Below the pieces are notes generated by a model. It saw nothing but the letters and a program-made list of their open reading frames with translations. It ran no database searches and was not told the origin of the DNA. Source: Nemertoderma westbladi (taxonomy: Eukaryota > Animalia > Xenacoelomorpha). From it: DNA of 32,071 bases. Below, piece by piece: positions 1 through 10,000 of the stretch; the first letter of the stretch is position 1; the number at the start of each line of letters is the position of its first letter. The DNA lies in assembly GCA_032718475.1 (NCBI GenBank), contig JAUCBJ010004611.1:1-32071 (forward strand), given 5' to 3'. The position numbers and the translations under genes were made by a program.

Positions 1-5
1 CGGAG

Positions 6-120
6 TTTATGAGACAATGTTTATAATAAGTACAAATTTAATGGACATAATTTCTATATTATACAGTACTGTATGTTTAATGCAATTATAATAATGTAAT
101 TATCCTTTTATGTATCATAG
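6..120. repeat. Arm of a dispersed inverted repeat (partner ~2973-3085)
   Basis: Reverse complement of ~40-120 (TATGATACATAAAAGGATAATTACATTATTATAATTGCATTAAACATAC...) closely matches 2975-3085. The outer end probably runs off the window. Confidence 0.7.
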
Positions 121-873
121 AATACAAGAAAAAAACTAAGCAGCTTTATTTTAAACTTCATGGCCTTTATATTAATTAATAATAATTTATAACAAAACTA
201 CAGAAATAATTTTATAACTTTTTACATTTTTGATAAACTAAAATGGGATCTGGTAAGATCTGTACAGATCAAGATAAATTATACAAATAACTTATTATGA
301 TCTTAACATACAGGCGATGCCAGAATGGACAATATCTTTACGAGAATCGATAAGATCGTTAGCGTTACACAGTACAGATCTTAGTAGAACTAATAATTTA
401 TCACACTAAGGTAGAGAATTGCATACGTTGATCAAATTAATAATATTGACACAGCCTGCGGTCTCTAGTACATACAATATATGTACAGTAGGATATGCCA
501 ATTGCAAAAGTTAGAGAGGTATTTGCCCGTATCTTTCTAAAATATTGGAACTTTTTCTCTAGTATGCCCATACAAAATTTTGTTGAAAATGATTAAAATC
601 TTCAAGTTATTTACGAATGTATTTTTCATTAAAGACAGATGGACAGACAGAAAGACGGACGCACGTACATGAAATTTTGCCCTATTTACTAATTATCATT
701 GTGCGTTAAGGCTCGCCTTTACTGCATGGCTCGACCCACAATCGCAGAAAGCCATGATCACGAAATTTTAAAAATTACGTGTATCACCAAATTTCAGTTC
801 CAGAACAAAAATACCTGTTATGCCTCTGAACTATACATTAGATAGGGCCTATATTGTACTGTATGGCCTACTC

Positions 874-952
874 AACACCACATCCAAAAAAGCGATGTAA
901 ATAGGAATTTGTAACACCACATCCAAAAAAGCGATGTAAATTAGAATTTGTA
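874..952. repeat. 39-bp direct tandem duplication
   Basis: AACACCACATCCAAAAAAGCGATGTAAAT(A/T)(G/A)GAATTTGT at 874 and 913. Confidence 0.9.
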
Positions 953-1029
953 TGGTTTTTGGCAACTTTATAATTTGCTTTATAATTTTTTATTTTGAAA
1001 AATCCTGTCATAGAGTGCGAGAAAGTGGT

Positions 1030-1570
1030 GAAAGTTAAGTATGTAGTTGGATGAAAGTTGAATGTAGTTGGGTGGAAGTGGAGTGTAGTTGGGTGGAAGT
1101 GATTCAAAATTGGGAGTAGTTGGGTGAAAGGGAGTCAAAGTTGAGAGTAGTTGTGTGATAGTTGTGTGGAGAGCTGGATGTTCTGTGGGACGAGTCACGC
1201 AGTCAGGGCGAGCCTTAGCGCACAATTGCAATTAGTAAAAATAAAGCAAAATTTAAATCTCCGTCAGTTTACAAAAGCCCGCCTCTGTAACCTGATACTT
1301 TCCCTCAATAACAATATCGTTTATTGTTTTGGTTAGAAAAGCCCGCCTCTGTAACCTGCTCCTTCCCTTCTATTGGTAGTAGGTAAAAATAACGTCATTC
1401 CCATCTTCCTACATTCCCACCTATCTTCCCACATTCCCATCCACCTTCCCCCATTCCCATCCACCTTCCCACATTCCCATCCACCTTTCCGCATTCCCAT
1501 CTTCCCACATTCCCATCCACCTTCCTACCATCCCACCTTCCCACCGACCGACCGACCGAGCCACCTACCC
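1030..1570. repeat. Composite repeat region: GTAGTTGGGTGGAA-type repeats, TTTTGGTTAGAA..CTGTAACCTGCTCC module, CCCACATTCCCATCC repeats
   Basis: The same module order recurs at ~3440-3845. These repeats explain the low-complexity HPTT / PHSHP ORFs. Confidence 0.6.
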
Positions 1571-1821
1571 ACCTCTTTAAACAAATGTTGACCTATTTTA
1601 TTTCGACTTTCCTGGGCACTCTGGGAAAGTTCACATTGGCCTAAAAACAAGTATTTTTTTTTAATAATAGACACATAAATTCAGGCACTATAAATTCAAG
1701 CACTTTGTGTTTCCCTGTATGGGTTGTACATATCTTAGTTTATGTACAGTATACTGTATGTCGCTGTATATTGGACTTCTTGGGTCTTAAGTTAACCCTA
1801 TACTGGGCTCCCTGATATTAA

Positions 1822-2543
1822 CCCTATTAAACCCGGGGAGGGGGGGGGGGGGGTCAATATGACCCCCCCGTGGTTTTTTTAATATAATTCTGAACAAACG
1901 CAATTGGGAATCTGAAATTATATGACTTTTCCTAAAAATCTATTGTCTTCCTAGTAGTGAAAACCGTTTTCAAAAATATTGGGTAGTTTTCGAGTTATAG
2001 CACCATTTTTTATCCCTACTTTTGGCACTTTTTTTGAGACGTTTTTTGAAAATTACATTTCATTAAATATGAACTGTAACATCTCTATTTTTGATTTACA
2101 TCGGTTTTTTGGTGTTAGCAATTGGATGGAATTCATATAAATTGATTAAGAAATTTCAAACTTGTAGTTTTCGGCGGGTGCCAAATTTTGATGCCAGCAC
2201 CAAATTTTGAAATATGTCAATTTTGTAAATTGATTGTTTGAAACTTGTTTTTTACGCAATTGGGGTTTTGTTGGGTTATGGTTTCGATGAAATATATACG
2301 AGTTGCACCAAGTGTATCAAACTTGTATTTTTCGGTGCTGGGTGCAAATTTTGGTGCTAGCACGAAATTTTGAAAATCCATTCAATAGATAAATCCAGAC
2401 TAGTGATACCTACGTACAAACAAAAAATCAGACGTTTTCGTAAAAATTTTTAGATTTTAGAGGGGGGGGGGGGGGGGGGGGGGTCAATATGACCCCCCCC
2501 CCCCGGTATTTGTGCAACATTTTATAGCCCGGTACTAATAGGG
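1822..2543. mobile_element. Non-autonomous piggyBac-like MITE
   Basis: TTAA at 1818-1821 and 2544-2547. Termini CCCTATTAAACCCGGG / CCCGGTACTAATAGGG (13/16 inverted match). Subterminal palindrome GGGGGGTCAATATGACCCCCC near both ends. No ORF. CCC...GGG ends with a TTAA target are piggyBac hallmarks. Confidence 0.8.
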
Positions 2544-2972
2544 TTAAAGGTAAGAAAATACAAAGTACTAAATTTGTATAACATTCGAATAATGAATTTA
2601 TCATGTGTCATGTATGTTAATGTGTCCAGATGTTGTGTTAAAGCCAGTGTGTTCTTCGCATATTTAACATTAGCCTATGCCTATGGGGAGTATTGTTGTT
2701 GTAAGATATGTAAGTCAGGGGAAGGGAAATACAACTCAACCACTAGATAACGCGGCTCTCTTTACTACTTTCAGCTATCCCGGGAGGTTGATTGACAGGC
2801 ATTTCTAAGCTTTGATATTTAGCCGCTCTAGGTAGACTTGCATTAGGCAAATTCAAAATGATTTCCTAAAGGTTATTTTATTCCTATTAGAAACCTAATA
2901 GGATCCTATTAGGAGCATAATAGGATCATGTTAGGATCCAATAGGACGTTATTTGAAAGCGTTAAAAAAACT

Positions 2973-3085
2973 GTATGATACATAAAGGATAATTACATAA
3001 TTATAATTGCATTAAACATACTGTATAATATTGAATATTATGTCTATTAATTTTGAACGAATTATAGCATTGCCATTCCCATAAC
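2973..3085. repeat. Inverted partner of 6-120
   Basis: Direct sequence comparison with the reverse complement of 6-120. Confidence 0.7.
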
Positions 3086-3439
3086 AGAAGCTTCCAATGC
3101 GATTTCGTCGTTAAGGCTGTGACCCTCCTGTGTATCAATACCGTTTACATTAACACAGCGCCAGTTTAGTTTGTACTGTAGCTTCATTAGTTTGGAGTTT
3201 TGGTGCGTGGTATATGTAGACATCTGTAGGTCTGGATCGTTCGCCAATAGTCTCTATCTCTCCTATGTATATTGAGAACCAACCTGCAATAAATATAAAA
3301 CGTTAGTTTGTTACAGTATTTCATAAATTCAGCAGTGGGTGCCAAATACAGTACATGAAGCTTTTAAAAAGCTCATATCTCAGGAATTCCTCATAGAAGT
3401 TCAGAGTTTGTTACTGTACAGTGTACATATTATAATTTG

Positions 3440-3845
3440 TGGAAGTTGGGTGCCATACAGTATAGTTTGGTGTAAGTTGGATGCAGTTGGGTTGAAGTTG
3501 GGTGATAGTTGGGTGTTTAGGCAGACCCGTAAAAACATAATGACCATTGACCATACCATACCAAACTTTTACAGTACTTTTTAACTACAATATTTTGTTT
3601 TTTGCCATATCTCTCATATTGTCTTCTTTGTTTTTATTGGCTTGTTTGTTTTGGGCTTGTTTTGTTCACCGATCATTGTGCTGTGGCTGTCCGATCCTCT
3701 GCTATTTTCCCTCAATTTGTACTATGGTTGGTGCCGTTAACAACATAGTTTAGGGTTTTGGTTAGAATGCTGCCGCTGTAACCTGCTCCTTTCCTTAAAT
3801 TGGTAGGTAACAACAGCGTTTATTGATTCCCACATTTCCATCCAG
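3440..3845. repeat. Second copy of the composite repeat seen at 1030-1570
   Basis: AGTTGG repeats (3440-3515), TTTTGGTTAGAA..CTGTAACCTGCTCCTTTCCTTAA (~3756-3798), TTCCCACATTTCCATCC (~3828). Confidence 0.55.
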
Positions 3846-4211
3846 CAAACCTAAAACAATAAAAAGTTGTGAAATAATTGTTGAACTGTAACAAAACTAA
3901 ATTACTGTAATACATTTATGATAATAAATGTATATGTGCGCCAAGTTGCAGTTAGCGAACTATACCCTACAACAATATCTTGATTAAATTTTAGCTATAC
4001 AGTACCTATTAGTTTCATTTTCTCAATCCTAAAAAACATTTCATTGTGTCAAATTTTAGAATAGCGTTTTTTTATGTTTAATTGTTGTCCTATCTTTTGT
4101 AGTTACTTTACTTTGCACGTTTTATTTCACCAGTAATATTTTACTTATGCGACATACCTACCCTACCAGGTTGGAATTCATGCTGCAAAACACGGACGCG
4201 TACTAGCAGAC

Positions 4212-5486
4212 TAGGGTGGTCCTTATTTTGAAAGGTTGGAATTTATCATCTCTGACCCCCTCAAATGCGGTCTGACGAATCTGTACAAAAAAGTACAAAA
4301 TAGTACAATATAGTACAAAAGAGTACAATAAAGTGCAAAAATAGTAGGCCTACAAAAGAGTACAAAAATAGTACAAAAGTGTACAAACGAGTGATAAAAC
4401 GTGTATACCAGTGTAGTATACACTACACTACACTTGTATATAAATATAATTAATTGTAAGCAAATGCAACGGGACCGAAATATGCGCCACTACAGTGTCA
4501 ATCACTAGCGGCCTTGGTTCTGTGGTCAGTACGAAATGATTGACAGAACTTTGATTCATGTAGATTTTGACTGGCTTACAAGTAGAAATAGGCTACAGCT
4601 GTACAGTTCGTATAATATGTAATAGCCTACAATATAATGCAATACTATGCAGAGGGTACCGCGGTAGATAAAACTCCTATAACTGAGACTCAAAATTTAG
4701 GTCATTGTCTTAAAGTAGCCCATATACTGAAGGATAGACTGTATGCTACATTATGTAGGCTATGTATGTCTGTATGTACGCCTCGCCTCTATCTGCAACT
4801 TTATTGAGTTCTCCCTCTGCAATTTTGCTGGCTTGGGACCGTTTTTTTGTGTTTTTTGAACACAAAAGGCTGCATTAAAACTCATAAGATTGTATTGTAA
4901 TAGCAATACAGCAATAGGGGCCTACTCTCTGACTGCTAGATCAGCCCCCGCTCAATGCATGGCTCGCCCCACAAACCAGACATTGCTTTGTTTTATTTTG
5001 CACATCGTCAGATCGTGTGCGCCCCTCTAAACGATTTGAACTACACTTGGATACACGTTTTTCAAGCGTTTCTCACTCGTTTGTACTCTTTTCTTTTGTA
5101 CTATTTTTGCACTCTTTTGTACTATTTTTTCACTTTATTGTACTCTTTTGTACTATACAGCTATATTGTACTATTTTGTATTTTTTTGTACTTTTTTGTA
5201 CAAATTCGTCGGACCCCCTCAAATGTGTCCATTTCGTCAAAAAATACGACATGCGAAATTTTAAGCATGTACATCAAATATTAGAGGTAGCTTAAACCTG
5301 TAAACACACTGAAGTTGAGTGTCTGGTCACCGATTGATCGCGCGCGAAGAATATAATAGAGTTTGCTGATATGAAGGCTTCTGTTGGTCATACAGAGTTA
5401 ATTTTAGGCTTGTTTGAACCGCAGTCATCGATTTAGTGGGTGTAGATAGATACCTTCAAACTGTCAAAACAAGTGCTAAGCTAGTA
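4212..5486 (-). mobile_element. Truncated copy of the non-autonomous hAT family at 23119-25601, interrupted by an insertion
   Basis: 4212-4267 is the reverse complement of the right end of 23119-25601 (TAGGGTGGTCCTTATTTTGAAAGGTTGGAATTTATCATCTCTGACCCCCTCAAATG). Homology resumes after 5217 and ends at CAAGTGCTAAGCTAGTA (5486). No second terminus seen. Confidence 0.85.
4268..5216. mobile_element. Foldback/MULE-like non-autonomous element
   Basis: 9-bp TSD CCTCAAATG (4259-4267, 5217-5225). TIRs of ~150-175 bp begin GGTCTGACGAATCTGTAC / GTACAAATTCGTCGGACC and are built from ~10-bp AAAA(T/G)AGTAC modules. Confidence 0.8.
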
Positions 5487-6046
5487 CAGTACAGCCATGA
5501 CTGCATGACTACGGTACGGCAGTACGGGTGACGGGCAAACGGGCTGACGGGTGCAAGTCGATTTGCCCCCCTGGCAGCCTGGCCCTGAGCCCCTGACGCT
5601 CACGCTCACATATTCCCTATTCGCCCCAGATATTAGGCTGTTATAGCTGTTAGGGGCATTTGGACTTGGCAACCTGGGGCTGCTGGGGCGAACCGGCAAC
5701 CGGCGACTCGACTTCTGGCAGTCTGCCTGGACTTCGCCAGTTGCCAGTTGACCGATTTGCAATTTACCAGACCTGCAAAGTCTGAAAGTCCATCCGCCCC
5801 ATACTGCCATATGCCATACCATACAGCCATAGGCCTACCGGCTACCGCCCTACCCCTATATGGAATACTGACAAAAAGCGCGCCACACGCGTTCTGGTTA
5901 AACGAAAATCGCGCCAGCCATGATATCTAATGGGCGCCAAGCCAACAATTGACTATGAAATTTTGCAGTAATTCTGTAATTGCTTAATTGTAATAATTTA
6001 TCAGTTTATAATGCTGTAGCCTAGTCCTACAGTATTATAACATTAA

Positions 6047-6265
6047 AATGCGAGCGTAGCGAGCAAGGAAATTTTCCAATTATGTTAACATATGTACAGT
6101 CTGACAGTAATAGTCAGATAGTGCCGTAGTTGTAGTAGTAGTAGGTCAACGTCAACTGACTGTTTTTAAATGCAGATATGATCAAGATGCGAGCGTAGCG
6201 AGCACGGAAATTTTAACATTTCAGCATTTAAAGTAGGCAAACCGACTGTTTTCAAATACAGAAAT
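6047..6265. repeat. GCGAGCGTAGCGAGC-containing repeat units, left part of an interrupted array
   Basis: ATGCGAGCGTAGCGAGCA.GGAAATTTT at ~6048 and ~6187. Related units resume at ~14363-14395 and ~14570. Confidence 0.65.
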
Positions 6266-6638
6266 CAGTAAGGGAAAATACTCAGAATCGGGGTACAGCT
6301 CTATACACCGAATCGGTGTCATAGTGGAAAATAGTGACACCGATTGGAGATTTTCAATAGAAAGCTATACCCCGAATCTGTGCTCTACTAGAAAATCTTT
6401 AGGCAGCGGAAAAATTAGATATACCCCGAATCGGGGTATACAGTATAGGAGTTATTTACGCCCCTCCAGAAAAATTATGTTTCACTCACGCCAGACTGGA
6501 ATTCATAGTGCGAAAATTACATTTTGTGCAGTACAATACTGTTTTATACAGTCATAATATAAATGTGGTAACTATATTGATAGATATAGGGCCTGGCCTA
6601 CTACTGAAGTACGGGAGGTACTGTATATTACTATATTG

Positions 6639-6880
6639 CGCCAGACGGGTATAAAATAAAACAGACAAATCAACTAAGTCAATGCTCCAAACTCTGATCT
6701 TTGTCTCAAAATCCAAATACGAAAATAATATAACAAGAACAACACAAAGGTACAGTAGAAACCGGAACCAATACAGTAGTAGGTACTGGTACTAGTACAG
6801 TACCGGTACAATACAACATAACCAATACAGTAGTAGGTACTGGTACTAGTACAGTACCAGTACAATACAACATAGTGGCG
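6639..6880 (-). repeat. 3' LTR (242 bp)
   Basis: Differs from 12112-12352 by 2 substitutions and one 1-bp indel. Contains a 54-bp tandem duplication (starts 6767 and 6821). Confidence 0.95.
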
Positions 6881-6976
6881 CAACTTTTGTTCATCTTGCA
6901 AAAAAAAACAAAAGACCACATTTCAAATTTTTAAGAAAATAAAATACACATTGCAATTTGTACTTTCGAATTTAAA

Positions 6977-7007
<31 letters not shown>

Positions 7008-7095
7008 GAACAAAGTCTCTATTAGTCCGGTTATATGCATGTGTTTATGAGTTTCCAATTAGACGAAGAGTTATGGAAGACATTGTAGAGTTCAG

Positions 7096-10000
7096 TCAGA
7101 GCTCTCCATCAAGTGGATAATTGGGATCGTATCGAATCAGAGAACCATAACGTTTTGGTGGTTTATGAGCACGCTTTGATCGACGAATACCGTCATCATT
7201 ATTAAAAGCAACGTCATCCAGTAAATTCTCAGGAGCAATCTGACAATCCTTCAATAAATCTTCAGGCGGTGGTGCAAACTGACGGTCACCTTTAATCTTA
7301 AAATCACCTTCACTTTCGCTGGAACTATCACCTACGTCATGCTCACCAAACCATTTAGCGTTCACGGGTTGAGTAGGTGTAGGGGTACAAAGCATGAGCT
7401 TTTCAAATGGAACTGAATAATGTTTACGTCCAAATATGTTATTGTTGAACTTCTGTATAATAGCCATTGAATCATGAAGCTTGATGACAATGTATCTGTC
7501 ACGAGGATGATGTTTGCTTAGCTCGTCCTTAATGAATACGAGAGAACCAACATGCAGCTCTGGAATTGAACAGTGAGACGAACCACGTGATTTGCTTTTA
7601 GCGCTGACATCATGATTACTTTCACGACGAAGTTCCTGTTGTTTAGACAACGTTTGATCAGAAAAATTTAGCCTCTCTCCGGTAAGTTGATCACGTCCAA
7701 ATAGTATTTCTTTGGCAGATAAATTCGATGATCTGATTCTAGAGTTTAGCATATCGACAGCAGAAATGATTTCCTGTTGAGTTAAAGCTTGAGAATCAGG
7801 ATAGCATTTGAGAAGTTCAACCTCCAATTCCTGAATAGCACGATCAGCGACTGGATTCTTGTTACAGTTTTTCTCAGATCCAAAATCAAGCACAATACCA
7901 TTGCGTAACAATATTGAATCATTACGGAGTGCTTGTAAACCAGGCGCACAATCAACCCGAATTTTAGACATGTTACTACGTAGTGGTAGGATACAATTGA
8001 GAATACCCTTTCTAAGTGAATCAGATTGTTCATCATCAACCAAAACTGCCCAGGTGTAAGAAGAGAAAACATCACGTACCACAAAAATTTTCTGTTTAAA
8101 TCTACGTAAGACATCAGCTGCCATTTGTAGTCCAGGAGACTCAGGAGATTTAGAGCTGGATTGGGGAATTAATTCGGAACTGAGCTTTTTGAGAGCTTTA
8201 CATTCAGTGCAATTATCATTGCTGACTCTGTCGATAATATCATCTGCATTAATAGCAAAGAAGTATCGATGAAATAACTTAGACAACTGTAGCTTAGAAG
8301 GATGTTTAAACGAAAGATGAATCGCAGTAAGCAACCCTTCTAGAATTTCAACTGGAACAACAATTAACTCACGGTTGTGGATGTATGGATCTTCCTTATT
8401 AACAACTAGAATGCCCTGCTTATTGATAGTGGCAGATCTTAAATAGACCTTGAGATCACGACAGCCCTTAGCATTCTTAACAGGTCTTGTACCATTAGTA
8501 AGGTGAGCAAACACTTTACGCAGCGTTGGACAAGCATTCTGTGCACTTTTCCATGATGCTGAGCACAGAAACGGCATTCTCGAGGTTCCATTCAAAACAT
8601 CTTCAACTGTAACAGCAAGGCATGTTGAAACAGCAGTTTCTTCAACAAATTTACAAATCTGACAAGATTTTTCTTCACAAACGATAGGGTGTCGGGAATT
8701 GTAATCAGAGAGGACATTATCATCACCTTTGATATGGTGTAAGCTAACATTAAGTCCTGATAATGCAGACAAAAAGGTGGATAGTCGTGCACTAGCAGAA
8801 AATTCGCCTTGACAAAGCTTACGATAAGCTTGCACACAGGGCTTACTATCAGTAAGCAGTTGAGTTTGATGGATAGACTCACGAATATACGGCGCGAAAT
8901 GAGAAACACAAACTGCAATAGCAAGTCCTTCTCTTTCACAAGGAAACCAACGAGTTTGATGATCCTTCATTTTATAACTAAAATGACCAGCAAGCTTCTT
9001 GTGGCCATCTCTCAAAACATATAACGTTCCACCAATACCATTGTTGAGAGGTGATGCATCTGTAGTTAAGATAAGCTTATCATTACGCTTGGGGATAGTG
9101 AGAACAGAAGGAGAACGTAAAGTGTCTTTAACTTTCTCGAAATCTTTGGTTAACTCGGGAGACCAGTTAATTCGATCAGCACCCTTTAATCCCTTAATTG
9201 CCGACTCTAATGGTGCTAAGAACGATGAACAACGAGGAAAGCAACGAGCAATGTCCTTAACAGAACCTAGAAATGAACGCATAGCAGAACATGTCACTGG
9301 AGGAATTGCAACAACAAGTGGACTTATCTTATGAGCGGAAACAGAGAGCGTTCCACAATTCCAAATCCATCCCAAAATAGTAGTTTTCAGTGGTGCAATG
9401 ACAGTCTTAGAAGCAGACAACTTAAGATTATTTTTACATAAACACTGTAATACCTGAACCCAGCGGCTATGGAGCTCTTCAATGGTGTCAGCACCAATAT
9501 AAAAATCATCTGCAATTTTAACCAGCCAACCTAGTTGAAGAAAAACACCAAGAACCCGAAAGATCAATTCATCTTCCCACTCAGAACTACCAGGCATACC
9601 CATGGCAGCACGGAGATATACACGAACACCTTTAAATGGTGTCATAGTTCCAAGATATGGAATAGATGATTTGGCAACTGGAATTTGGTAAAAACACTTA
9701 CTGAAATCGCTTTTGGCGATAAATTTGAAGTTGGCAAGAGTTTGCAAAACTTCCTCAGGCTTGGTTGGTTTAGAAGGAATTAGTCGAGTAAAATGGCCAA
9801 GTTCATTGAAGGACGTGACAAGTCTAAAACTACCATTAGGTTTCTTAACCAGAAAACTTGGACTCACGTGTTGTACCACAACACCAACATCTTCTGGCTT
9901 AGCCAACACACCAAGTTTTTCGAGTGAATCAAACTCGTCCTGAAGCACTGACAAATTCGAATGGGTATAAAATGGAACACGACCCTTTCTTGGGGGAGGC

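Noticed and set aside
868-5295. Low-complexity ORFs (HPTT, PHSHP, VLFCT types)
   Set aside because: Translations of simple repeats and TIR modules.
6637-6882. Canonical TG...CA LTR boundaries
   Set aside because: TG/CA flank only this copy. The other LTR is flanked by CA/TT, so the shared sequence is CG...CG.
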